This document shows positions 1 to 12,015 of a DNA stretch of 64,000 nt, piece by piece (position 1 is the stretch's first letter; the number at the start of each line of letters is the position of its first letter). The notes under the pieces were generated by a model, which saw only the letters and a program-made list of their open reading frames with translations, had not been told where the DNA came from and ran no database searches. A program made the position numbers and the translations under genes. The stretch comes from Malacoraja senta (taxonomy: Eukaryota). Where the stretch lies: NCBI GenBank assembly GCA_038087875.1, contig CM075980.1, positions 9,982,001 to 10,046,000 of the forward strand. Direction: 5' to 3'.

Positions 1-773
1 AATGGGGAACAGATGGACTGTCCCTACCCCTCCCCCTTCCACTCTCCCTCCCCACTATTTCCCCTCTCTCCCCCCCACCCCTCTCCCCCTCCCTCCACAC
101 TCTTTCCCCTCCCTCCCCTACCCCATCTCCCTCCTCTCCTCCCTCCCCCATCCCTCCCCCCCTCCCCCACACCTCTCTCCCCATCCCTCTCTCCCCCTCC
201 CCATCCCTCTCTCCTCCCCCTCTCCATCTCCCTCCCCATCTCCCTCCCCTCACCCTCTCCCTCTCCTCCCCCTCCTCCTCCCACCCCATCACTCTCTCCC
301 ACACCCCCTTCCCTCCCCCCCTCCTCCCCCACCCCCTTCCCTCTCTCCCCCACCCCCCTCCCCACCCCCTTCCCTCTCTCCCCCACCCCCCTTCCCTCCC
401 CCACCCCCTTCCCTCTCTCCCCCACCCCCTTCCCCCTCGCCACTCTTCCCCCTCCATCCACACTCTTCCCCCTCTACCCCCTACCCCTATCTCTGCTCTC
501 TCTCTCTCTTTGATCTTTATCTTTTTCTCTGACCTCTCTCCCGCTTCCACTCTGTCTGTGCACACTCTCATTGCCCCCCACCCCCAATAGACGCACCTGG
601 GAGGTGAGGGCTATTTGTCAGTGGATAGGGTGGAGATGGGATAAAAGAAGCCATTTAATAAAATTAGGATAATATCAAGGGGTGTGATGAGTGTGTGTGT
701 TTGTGGGTGCAAGATTCCCACCCCGCAACCGTGCTTTGGAGGAACAGACCCAACGGGTCTGCACTTGGTCTAG
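1..773 (+). mobile_element. Non-autonomous Helitron-like element, 3' part (long C/T-rich tract, then hairpin + CTAG terminus)
   Basis: GC-rich hairpin CAGACCC-AAC-GGGTCTG at 745-761, then CTAG at 770-773 followed by T: canonical Helitron 3' end geometry. Bases 624-700 are homologous (reverse complement) to 26641-26700/27706-27724. Confidence 0.65.
20..545. repeat. Polypyrimidine (C/T) low-complexity tract; G-rich on the minus strand
   Basis: Almost only C and T in runs such as CCCTCTCCCC; explains the spurious Pro-rich and Gly-rich ORFs. Confidence 0.95.
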
Positions 774-1438
774 TCTCATATAAAATTAGCCATAAGATTG
801 ATACTTTTCAGGAGGGAGCGACTAATCTTGTTCAACCAATTCTTTGTTGAACAGTAAACTGATCGCTTGTCCACAGTAGATAGATTTGTGAAATTGGTCA
901 GAATTCATGACTGGAGGCCATTCACTGTGCGGATTGTAATAGAAAAGAATCAATTCAAGATAGTGGACTTCAAGTGTTAATAGTTCTGTTTGTTTACAAA
1001 AGAAAATCAGTATCTGAAAGCCAGCTGAAATCTAGTGATAATAAATGTCTTCCTCTGGAATATGAGGAAACATGAGCAAAAAGCAGAAGTCTTCAAGAAT
1101 CGATACATAGGGTCAAAAATGTTGCTGGTTGCAAAGAGAAATGGGTTGGATTAATAACTCTTTATGAATATGGATATAGTCAAAATGTGGGTTTAAAAAA
1201 TTGATAATTTTATAGGGATTTAGTGACAATTCCTGGGAACTTGACTGACACAGTGATATAACAGTACACAACTGTTTGCAACTTGTGCACCTCAAATATC
1301 AATGTATATATTTCTATTAAAATCGTAAGTTTCAACCCAAGCCCGAAAGAAAGCATTGGCTGTTTCCAATAATATATTTGGAATTGGAAGAGGTTGTAAA
1401 CAAATTGGTCAACTTAGTGTTAACTATTCTTTTCACAG

Positions 1439-1562
1439 AAAAGATTGAAAGAACTGTCCAAATTGAAGCATCAACAGTTGAAATTGAGGAACGGGGAGTC
1501 AAGCTACGCTTAACGGTTGTGGATACCCCAGGATATGGTGATGCTATTAACAGTCAGGATTG
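1439..1562 (+). CDS. SEPT2: Septin-2(-like) coding exon: [42 protein letters not shown] (G3 motif DTPG)
   Basis: Acceptor ttttcacAG at 1437-1438, donor GTaggt at 1563; 124 nt; near-identical to vertebrate SEPT2. Confidence 0.95.
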
Positions 1563-2304
1563 GTAGGTTTCTAATTTTTTACGTAAAGCAGTATCTGTGA
1601 ACTATTTTCTTGTAGTTCCTCAAATGTGGAATCTTCACTCAATTGCTTTTAATTAGTGCTGGATTTGGTGCCAGCTGCTGTGCACAGGAATTACATTGTG
1701 GAATTCTTAACCATTGTGGTTTAATTAAATTGTGTTGTGAATTAACTAAATAAGGATGCTGTTATTTCAGTTCGTGTGTGTTTTTGTTTGTTTTGAAACT
1801 ATGGGCATCGCGAGAATTAGACGACGATCAGTTTAAGATTGAATGTTTAATTTGCTAATAAAAATCTTACTGGAGAGTACCCGGTAATATAAAATCAATG
1901 TTATGATGGTGTAAAATGTTATTTTGTTACATTTTATTGTAAACATTTCCAAAACTAGAATAGTGTCATTGCAGAGATGAAATCTAACAAAGGAAATTGG
2001 TGAAAGTCCAGATAAATGTCAGTTTAATCTTTTGTACAGTTTCCTCTGGAAAAATTAGCCAATAAGAAAGTGTTGTTGCAATCCAATGCTTACAATCAAT
2101 GCATTTCTTCTTAAGGAGTTGCCTGTTTTTCTTTCATTGGGTTGAGTCGAGATTTTCTGCCTTTAGTGTATTAATTGGTGCCACTTTGGTTGCTAAGGAA
2201 ATCCTAAGCTCATTACAGAAAAGTTAAAGATGAGGGCATTTTAAATCTCCTTATTCTAATTTTGTTTCCTTGTGCTTTTTTCCAATCTTCCTTCGAAAAG
2301 AAAG

Positions 2305-3532
2305 TTTTTTAAAAAATAATTTCAAAGTTGACTTTATTCAAGTAATAAATACATACAATACCGGAGCCGTGCAAAAACTGTAATCTGACATTCTCGGAGA
2401 CTGTACAAATATTCAATACTGTTTACACAAATTACACAAATTTATTCTCCACCCTTGCCACTCATGTGGCCCACTGGTGTGGAATCCCTTTCTTTATTTT
2501 TGAGGGGCGATTCCACCACACCCTACCCCCCATGTCCAGCAGTGGAAGGACCTTAGACTGTGGTCCTCCCCTACTGAACATTGGCGTTGGCTGCACCAAG
2601 CTTCAGTGCGTCCCTCAACACGTACTCCTGCAGTCTTCAGCGGGCCAGTGGGCAACATTCCCGGATGGACATCTCGCTCCGCTGGGAGGTCAACAAAGCT
2701 CAGGCAGACCAAAGAGCGCCTTTTACCGAGTTGTTGACCTTCCAGCAGCACTCGATGTCACTCTCTGAATGTGTCCCTGGGAACAGTCCGTAAATCACAG
2801 AGTCCTCTGTGACTGAGCTGTTCGGAATAAACTGTGATAAACTCGCTTTGCAAATCCACACTCTGCAAAGGAGTGGGCAACCGTCTCCTCTCCATAGCAG
2901 CAGTCCCGAGGGCAGTGTGCGCTGGTGGTGAGGTTCCGACGGTGCAGGAAGAATCTGATTGGGAGGGCTCCCCTCACCGCCAGCCAAACCAGGTCTTGGT
3001 GCTTGTTGGTGAGCTGTGGCGATGAGGCATTTCGCCAGGCAAGCTGGGCAGTCTGCTCTGGGATCCTCGCCACGTGATCTATGGAGTCATTTCCCTGCAG
3101 TGCCTGCAGGACGTTCCGTGCTGACCACTGTACGATGGACTTGTGGTCAAAGGTGTTGGTCTGGAAGAACCTTTCCACGAGCGACAGATGGTGCAGCAAT
3201 GTCCAGCAGACTGGCACATTTTGTGGCATCTGCGCTAGGCCCATCCTTTGCAACACCGGGGACAGGTAGAACCTCAGCAGGTAGTGACACTTGGTGCCCG
3301 CGTGCCTTGGCTCTACACTCAACCTGATGCAGCCACACACAAAGGTGGACATCGGGGTGAGGGCGACGATGGGCATGCTTTTCCCCCCATTGTCTGCCAT
3401 CTTGTGCATTGTGGCCCGTCGCACCTGGTCCATCCTCGACCCCCAGATGAACTTTCAGACGGCCCGGGTGATCCCTGAGGCGTAGGAGGGAGGGACGGCC
3501 ACCCTTGCACCAAGTACAGCAGCCCCGAGGGT
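2305..3532 (-). mobile_element. Tx1/L1-clade non-LTR retrotransposon, 3' part of ORF2 plus 3' UTR, cut by the assembly gap
   Basis: ORF 2795-3433(-) ends in WLAVRGALP...CPRDCC..EETVAHSFAEC (C-terminal CCHC/zf-RVT-type motif); T/A-rich tail near 2305-2345. Confidence 0.8.
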
Positions 3533-3732
3533 NNNNNNNNNNNNNNNNNNNNNNNNNNNNNNNNNNNNNNNNNNNNNNNNNNNNNNNNNNNNNNNNNNNN
3601 NNNNNNNNNNNNNNNNNNNNNNNNNNNNNNNNNNNNNNNNNNNNNNNNNNNNNNNNNNNNNNNNNNNNNNNNNNNNNNNNNNNNNNNNNNNNNNNNNNNN
3701 NNNNNNNNNNNNNNNNNNNNNNNNNNNNNNNN
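3533..3732. other. Assembly gap (200 N)
   Basis: Run of exactly 200 n. Confidence 1.
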
Positions 3733-4020
3733 ATTTTATGTACATTGCAAATAGAACAAACTTATAATTGGTTTCTGCAGACTAAACATGTCTCCGAAAC
3801 CTCACTGGAAATCCTTGCAAGCTGACAGTTTGTCTATTTACATTAACTCACTCTGAACCCCCACAGCATTAAGTGCTTTTGCCCCTTGCCAAGCAGATTT
3901 CCATCCTGGTCGACCGAGGGTGTTGGCCCCTGTCACTCACACAGCTAACCTGCTGTATGGAGAATCCAACATCCTTGATAGTCATAGAACCACTATCCTG
4001 AGGTGATGCAACATCTCCCT

Positions 4021-4463
4021 GAGTTGTAGGGATAGGTTGGGCAGGCTAGCACTTTATACCTTGGAGCTCAGGAGGGTGGGGGGAGGCGGTGATCTTATAG
4101 AGCTGTATAAGATCATGAGTAGGGTCGGGTAAATGCACAGTCTGTTACCCAGTTACCCAGAATAGGGGAATCGAGAACCAGCAGAGACATAGGTTTAAGG
4201 TAAGAGGGGAAAGATTTAATAGGAACCTGAGGGACAACTTTTTCCACACAGAGGGTGGTGGGTATAAGGAACAAACTCTCAGTGGAGGTATTTGAGGCAG
4301 GTACTATTACAGCATTTACAATGCAATTGGACAGGTACATGGGAACGAAAGGTTTAGAGGGATATGGGCAAAACGGCAGCAAGTCGGACGAGTGTAGATG
4401 GAGCATCTTGGTCGGCATGGAAAGATTGGGTTGAAGGGCCTGTTTCCATACTGTATGACTCTA
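4021..4463 (+). mobile_element. CR1 LINE 3' fragment
   Basis: GATCTTATAGAG..TATAAGATCATGAG coding end and GGGCCTGTTTCC..CTGTATGACTCTA tail, shared with other CR1 copies in the window. Confidence 0.85.
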
Positions 4464-5625
4464 ATCCAAATATTTCAATTATTCAGGATAACAAAGATAA
4501 TGACAAGGGACTCTTACCAGTGAATTCAGTTTAATATGATTTAAATGATCACTTCATGAATTTTCACTGAAGGCAAGGCATATTTCCAGCAAAGTATGTT
4601 TCAGTCATTGACCTGAAACATAAACTCTTTCTGTCTCCATAGATGCTGTCTGACCTACAGAGGCTAGAATTTTCTGAATTCTATCAGAAAGGCAGCACTT
4701 GAAGCCTTTGGAATGAAAATTAATTATTGATTTAAATGTATTCAAAAATGCAAGTCCTGTACTTATCAATACTTGCGATGACTGATGCATTCCAGGGATA
4801 AAAGTCAGTAACAACTTTCACACAGCAAAGATTTGTGAATAGTAAATTATATTACTTTCCAGTTAATCTTACGTTGGTGATTTTTGTTGGGGTACTTGAT
4901 GAGGGGTTTAGTACCTTACTTGATGTCTCAACTCCAACATCTTGAAACTCCCTTGATTGCACTTGGCTGTCTTGGATTATTTAGTTTAAAATAAATGTGC
5001 AATTTTGCACTTTGGTCACACAGTTCATATAATAGCAGTGAGTTGGGGAAAAAAAAGTGAAAATAATGATAGCCTTGTCAGTCTCACTGCTGAACGATAC
5101 AGTTGATCTGTTGAAAAGACAAATTAATGCAGGGATAGTGACAGATAATACAGTGCATGTGGCCAGCAGTAGTGCAGAAACTCTGGGATGCACCATGCAG
5201 CTCACATTTGAAGTTCAGTTCCACTCAACATCCTGCAAAAGACTGCTGATAGTGGAAAAAAGAAAGACAAATTCAATTGGAAATGGAGAAATGGCTAGGA
5301 ATACTGATTAACCTCCACCTCATGATCTAGCTACAGCCCATCGTGTGGGGAAAGGATCAGAAACTTTCAGCCCTCTCGTGAAATAACCATTGTTACTTGC
5401 GTGAGCTCTCTGTGATGCCTTGTCTCATTAATTCAAACAATTCCAGTTCAACTTTCAGAGACCGTGCGGGTTTAATTGCTGAACATCTGCAGAAACACTA
5501 TATTAATTGGCCTTTGAATAATGAATCTGTATTCCCTGCTTGTGCAAAAAAATAATTGCTCAATGTAAATTACAGTCTTGTTTTCATTCTTTTATAATTA
5601 AGGATTAGTACAGTTGTCAGAAGTT

Positions 5626-5740
5626 CTGGGGAGAAGGCAGGAGAATGGGGTTAGGAGGGAGAGATATATCAGCCATGATTGAATGGCAGAGTAGACTTGA
5701 TGGGCCGGATGGCTTAATTCTACTCCTATTCCTTATGATA
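5626..5740 (+). mobile_element. CR1 3'-UTR fragment
   Basis: GAGAAGGCAGGAGAATGGGGTTAGGAGGGAGAGATA.ATCAGCCATG; nearly the same as 32197-32305. Confidence 0.75.
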
Positions 5741-8236
5741 CAGTGCATAAAGTGTGTGTTCAGCACATTTACTCTGTGAAATTTGATGAGTATTTATAAC
5801 ATTCAAAGTCTGAACAAAGGTTCTGTTTGTGTCCATTCCCACCACAGATGCTGCCTGGCATGTTGACTTCCTCTACTATTTTTTAAACTCTAAAAGTTAG
5901 TGTGTAGAAGGTTATGGATATGCCCTTTCAAGCTTGAACTTCTCCGGGAAGACCATTTTGAGCTAGGGAACACCTGCAGGAAATAGTGGTTAGAGAACAA
6001 CCATTATTCAGTTATGGAAGCATTTTGAGATTATGAACGAAGGGATTTTACAAATACATTCCTTTGTCCACCTGCTGTCACTGGGTCAACGTCAAGCAAC
6101 CCCCTACCACATAGCATCATTGGAAAACCCACAATGTAGCAGCTCAAGACAGCTTACCAATACCTTCTCAAGAGACGTAACGATGTAGTGGTTCCTCTTA
6201 TCAATGGACAATTAAGGACTGCGGAGTTCTGACTCAATAAGGTGTAGATTGCATTTATTTGTCAATTGTATTCAATTCATTTATAACATGTAAGATATGC
6301 TGACTTTGATTGAGGTTAATTTTAAAGTAGCCTGCCTTCTTGTAATTGGGAAGAATGCACGTTGAAGTGACTGGTATTACAGAATCCAGTGCACAAGGAC
6401 TTTAATTGTTGTGACACTTGGCTTACATTCACACGTGTAGATATTGGAGGATTATTTTAAAATACTGTGTTTAGTAAGAACGATGGAGACAAAGAATTCA
6501 GTGTATATAAGGGAATTGGAATGTACACCTGCCGCATAATTATTTCCAATTAAAAAAAAGCCACTTTCAAATAATATATCACCTATATCTCTACATTTTT
6601 TCAGTGCTGTCTTTATTTATATATATTATATTTATATTTATTGCAGTTTTCTTGCTGGTTGTTATTCCCTAGATATATTTCATTTTCTCTACAGATTAAT
6701 TTCCTGGTGTCTTTCTTCTTTTCCCAGTTGTCATGAAAAGTTAGAGGAAACAAAGTGCAGGATAGTGATGCATTTTCCTTTCCTCTGTATTCATATCAAT
6801 AAAACACTGATTTGTTGGAAATATGTTTTTGAAATTTGCTCTTCCAACAACGATCAGTGAATTGGATCTTAATCCAGAGCAGCTGCAGTGACATTGCTTC
6901 TTCCACCCAGCTCACAGAGAAGGTTTAATCTAGGATCATCCAAGGCATCAGTCTCGTGCTGTCTGTCTTGCAATTCTCCTAACACTGAAGCTGCACAGCT
7001 AGTAAGTAATGTGTTTTGGGATTGGGTGTGTTTGAATTGGCTCCCAGAATGTTTTAAAAATGTGACCTCCATCCCACAAAAATGATCAAAGGGGCCTCAG
7101 GATGCAGGTGGCTCCTCCCCTTGGTGTTTTTAATGGCATTAGTCCAGTGCAGCTCAAAGTGGTGGATCAGTTAGCTCTGCAAATTTAATATTAATTTTAA
7201 AATAGATTGTCCCTCTGCTCCATTCTTTCCTTAAAACATTGATTTTTGTTGAGATTTACTTTCACAAATGCTGGAGATTCTCCAGAACATTCCCTAAGTG
7301 GCCAGCATTTACCGGTGAACCTTGGCAGAACATGTGATCTGGTTGATAGATGGAAAGAGGTTCACAGTTGAACTTAAGCTGTTGTGCAAAATGCACTTGC
7401 GTTACACTCCCCCAAGTATGGGTCATGGAATGGTGAGATTATTTGATGTCATCCACATTTCATGATAGTACATGTTTCTCAATAAATATTTAAAAAAACG
7501 AACATACCACAGTAGAAATGATCTATCCATTTAATTGAAAAAGTATAGAAATATTGGGTTAGAAGAAAAAGCGTATATGTGAACAGTGAGGATTGGTAGA
7601 GAAACCAGCAAAAATTGACTTGAAAAGGTACGAGAAAATAGAACGATAAAAGATAAATAGAAGATAAAAACAGATTATAAGATCTATAAGTATATAATAA
7701 GAAAGAGAGTAGCACAAGTAAAAGTTCCATAAAAGCTGTGACAGTAGAATTAGTAATAGGGAATCAAGAAAAGGAGAAATGTTGGATAATATTTATAACC
7801 AAGGAATGAATGAGTGAGGATGAAGACAATTAATGACACCATTACCACCAAGTAACATCATCTGGACTAACAACTGACATTTCCTCTGGAGCTGAAAGTC
7901 TTTCTGCACGGTTTCTAAAAAAAGCGGATGCAGGAATAGCAGGTGGTTGTCATCTTCCAGAATTTCCTTGAGCCTGGAAAGATTTCAGCAAATTGGAAAA
8001 CAGCAAATGTAACTAATTCATTAAAGAAACGAGGAAAACATAAAGGAGGGAGCTAAAGGCGACAGCCGAGCAGCAATAATGCAAAAAAGATGGAATCCAT
8101 TATTAAAGATGTATTAACAGTGGTTAGAGCACATTGTAAGTAGGCAGCATAACTTTATGAAAGGAAAATTATATTTTACCAATTTGTAAGGATCTTTGAG
8201 GACTTAACTAGTGAAACAGATAAAGGGCAACTAACA

Positions 8237-8366
8237 GGGACAAGGAACTACAGATGCTGGATCTGTATAGAATACAAAATAATGACGTAACTCCGCGGGA
8301 CAGGCAACATCTCTGGAGAACATGGATAGGCGATGTTTCTGGTCAGGAACCCTTTCTCAGACTCGG
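8237..8366 (-). mobile_element. Penelope-derived short repeat (pLTR-like) with degenerate hammerhead core
   Basis: 12-bp TSD GGGCAACTAACA at 8225-8236 and 8367-8378; homologous to copies at 13891, 34270 and 47532. Confidence 0.75.
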
Positions 8367-9069
8367 GGGCAACTAACAATTGTTGTCTATTTTGGATTTC
8401 CAAAAAGCCATTTGACAAAATGCTGCATAAAAGGTTCTACACAAGGTTTATGGAGTTAAAGGAATTATGTTAGTATGGATAGAGGACTGTTTAGCGGACA
8501 GAATACAGGGCAGGGATAAAAGTATCATGTTAAAGTTGGCAAATTTTAACTAGTGGAATGCATTAGATCAATACTGTCTTAGCTATTTCCAGTCTCTTAA
8601 TGATTTAGATGAAAGGATAGTGATATGTATGTTTGCTAATGAAACAAAGGTACATTTTAAGATAGTTTGTGAAGAGGCTACTTAATTTGCAAACGGTGCA
8701 GATTAATCGATTTAGAGTGCAAAAAGTTGTTCTGTGGAGTATAATGTTGGGAAATACTCTGCTCAGAGTAGAAAATATTTTTTAAATTATGTAAGCTTAT
8801 TACATTTTGGCGTTTGCAGAAATCTGGATGTTCTTGTATGAGAAAAATAAGGTTAGAATGCAGGTGCTATGAATAATTAGAAAGGGAAATGAAATGTTCA
8901 TATTTTAGGAATGGAGGTCAAGGATAGGGAGGTCCTGCAATGATTGTACAAGGTTTTCATGAGACCACTCAAGGAATGCTGCACATACCATTGGCCTTGT
9001 TTAAGGAAATATATATTTAGCTTTTGGGGTAGTACGTTGAAGGATTGCCAGTTTGATTTCAGAGATGAG

Positions 9070-10900
9070 AATACGATACGATATGATAGAACTTTATTTA
9101 TCCCAGGAGGGAAATTAATTTGCCGACAGTCATAAAAAACACAAAATACATGAAACATGAAAATAAAGTGACAACTGGGAAGACTATGGGGATGTCGTAG
9201 TCATTGAGTGATACAGTGTGGAAACAGGCCCAACGCGCCCACACCGGCCAACAATGTCCCAGCTACCCTAGTTCCACTTGCCTGCGTTTGGTCCATAACC
9301 CTCCAAATCTGTCCTATCCATGTACCTGTCCAACTGTTTCTTAAATGATGGGATAGTCCCAGCCTCAACTACCTCCTCTGGCAGCTTGTTCCATACACCC
9401 ACCACCCTCTGTGTGAAAAAGTTACCCTTCAGATTCCTATTAAATCTTTTCCCCTTCACCTTGAACCTATGTCCTCTGGTCCCCAACTCTGGGTAAAAAG
9501 ACTGTGCATCTACCCAATCTATTCCTCTCATGATTTTGTATACCTCTATAAGATCTCCCCTCATCCTCCTATGCTCCATGGAATAGAGACCCAGCCTACT
9601 CAACCTCTCCCTATAGCTCACACCCTGTAGTCCTGGCAACATCCTCGTAAATCCTTTCTGAACCCCTGCAAGCTTGACAATATCTTTCTGATAACACGGT
9701 GCCCAGAACTGAACACATTATTCTAAATGCGGTCTCACCAACGTCTTACACAACTGCAACATGACCTCCCAACTTTTATACTCAATAATCTGACTGATGA
9801 AGGCCAAAGTGCCAAAAGGTATTTTGACCACCTTATCTACCTGCAACTCGACCTTCAAGGAACCATGCACTTATACTCCTAGATCCCTCTGTTCTACAAC
9901 ACTACCTTGAGGCCTATCATTTACTGTGTTGGTCCTGCCCTTGTTTGACGTCCCAAAATGCAACATCTCACACTCCTCTATTAAATTCAATCCCCAATTC
10001 CTCCGCCCACCTGGCCAATCGATCCAGATCCTGCTGCAATCGTTCACAACCATCTTCACTATCTGCAAAACCACTAATTTTTGTACCATCAGCAAACTTG
10101 CTTATCTTGCCCTGTATGTTCTCATCCAAATCATTGATGTAGATGACAAACAGTAACAGGCCCAGCACCGAACCCTGTGGCACACCACTAGTCACAGGCC
10201 TCCATTCTGGTATGAAACCTTCCACCATCGCCCTCTGCTTCCTTCCATGGAGCCAATTTGCTATCCATTCAGCTATCTCTCCTTGGATCCCATGGGATCT
10301 AAACTTCCAGAGCAGCCTACCCTGTGGCACCTTATTGAATGCCTTACTAAAGTCCATGTGCAAAGATTGAGCGAAGATGTGCAAAGATTGAGGAGGTGGG
10401 GAATGCTCAGTCTCAGTCTCCGTCTACCCCACGACAGAAGGGGGAGGAGTGGTAAAGTTTGATAGCCACAGGGAAGAAGGATGTCCTGTGGCGTTCTGTC
10501 CTGCATCTTGGTGGAACCAGTCTGTTGCTGAAGGTACTCCTCAGGATGACCAGTGTGTCATGGAGGGGGTGAGCTGTATTGTCCAGGATGCTCCGCATCC
10601 TCCCCTCCAAGACCACCCCCCAAGAATCCAACTCCGCCCTCAGGATGGAGCCAGCCTTCCTAATGAGTTTGTTGACCTGTTGGCGTCTGCAGCCTTTGCC
10701 CTGCTGCCCCAGCACACGGCAGCGAAGAAGATGGCACTGGCTACCAGCGATTGGTAGAACATCTGCAGCATCTCACTGCAGACGTTGAAGGAACGGAGCC
10801 TTCTCAAAAAGTACAGGCGGCTCTGTCCCTTCTTGTACAGGGCCTCAGCATTCTTGGACCAGTCCAGTTTACTGTCCAGGTACACTCCCAGGTATTTGAG
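9070..10900 (-). mobile_element. Rex1/Babar-type LINE 3' fragment, split by a CR1 insertion
   Basis: Minus-strand peptides LDSKLDWSKNAEALYKKGQSRLYFLRRLRSFNV and HPLH...RCRTERHRTSFFPVAIKLY; 3' UTR/tail at 9070-9195. Confidence 0.85.
9198..10357 (-). mobile_element. CR1 LINE, 5'-truncated (RT to 3' UTR)
   Basis: MDFSKAFNKVP...VTSGVPQGSVLG...YINDLD..SKFADGTK (9968-10384) and the C-terminal ORF 9268-9642. Confidence 0.92.
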
Positions 10901-11468
10901 GCTCCCAGAACATTGAGGCTTATACTGCCCTGTGTTTGGGGGGGAAGGAAGAGTGATCTCATTGAAACAAAAAATGTTGACAGGGCTTTATGGTGGATAT
11001 TTTTTGTTTCCCCACCAGGGGAAATATTTTTCTTTGGAGTTAACCACCATATACAGCATATGAGTCATTAAGCATATTTGAGGCCGAGCTGCATAGATGT
11101 TTGGATTGCAGGGTTAAGTGGATTGCACAGGAAAATGGTGCTAAGGCTAGAGATAAGATTGGCAAAGATATTATTGGCAGAGCAGGAGTCATAAGGCTTA
11201 CTCCTACTCAACTAAGACTGGGGGTCCTTTGTTGTTGTGGAATTGAAAAAGCTGAGTGATGTCCAAATAGTAGTCCAATCTATACAATCATGAAGAGATT
11301 TGTTTGGATAGACACAAGGAATTTGTGAGGAATGCAGAGCCGTGTTGTGAATGCAAGTCACTAACAAGTATAGTAGGGAGTTTATGAGAACCTTTATTAC
11401 CCACAGCATGGTTAAAATGGGGAATTTGCTAACATGAATGGTATTTGAGGCAATTGACATATAGACAC

Positions 11469-11671
11469 TTAGGGTAAGTTGGCTAAGAACACGGGATAAA
11501 ACGACCAGTTTTGCCAAAATGCGGTGTGTGAAAATTCATGATGAACATAAATGTTGCCCGGACCAGTAGGTTAGGGTAAGTTGGCTAAGAACATGGGATA
11601 AAACGATCAGTTTTGCCAAAATGCGGTGTGTGAAAATTCATGATGAACATAAATGTTGCCCGGACCAGTAG
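11469..11671. repeat. Tandem duplication, 2 x 102 bp
   Basis: Unit starts TTAGGGTAAGTTGGCTAAGAAC at 11469 and 11571; two C/T differences. Confidence 0.95.
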
Positions 11672-11794
11672 CACTGAATAAATCTGTGCACAATAAAATC
11701 TCTTTAATTATTTCAGCTTATTTTCCCCTTGTTTGTTTTTTGATGAGTTTACCGTGAATAAATTAATTGCTGTATTTTTAGTAATCAATCAGTG

Positions 11795-12015
11795 TTTAGT
11801 TTAGAGATGCCATATGGAAACAGTTCCTTTGGCCCACTGAGTCCGGGTGCTCTGGTTTCCCTCCACATCCCCAAAACATCTTAATTGGCCTCAATCGGTA
11901 AAGAGTGGATGAAAAAGTGGGATAACATAGAACTAGTTTGAATAGGTGATCGATGGTTGGTGTGGACTTGATGGCCAGAAGGGCCTGTTTCCATGCTGTA
12001 TCTCTAAACTAAACA
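11795..12015. mobile_element. Rearranged HE1/V-SINE fragments
   Basis: TTTAGTTTAGAGAT..GGAAACAG tail in inverse orientation at the left; GGGCCTGTTTCCATGCTGTATCTCTAAACTAAAC tail at the right. Confidence 0.65.

Larger units (their letters stand above)
7740..11215 (+). mobile_element. Old degenerate CR1 LINE, interrupted by younger insertions (8237-8366 and about 9070-10900)
   Basis: Decayed ORF2 motifs recognisable at DNA level (GCAAATGTAAC, TTGGATTTCCAAAAGCCATTTGACAA, TGGATAGAGGACTG, TTTGCTAATGA); resumes after 10900. Confidence 0.65.

Noticed and set aside
2-532. Proline-rich and Gly/Arg-rich ORFs (extensin/formin-like)
   Set aside because: Produced by the C/T low-complexity tract, which is open in several frames; the same applies to 27691-28942 and 33100-34500.
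1378-1566. ORF-track start and stop for the septin fragments (also 21578-21823 and 57444-57632)
   Set aside because: These ORFs run into intron sequence; the true boundaries are the AG/GT splice sites given.
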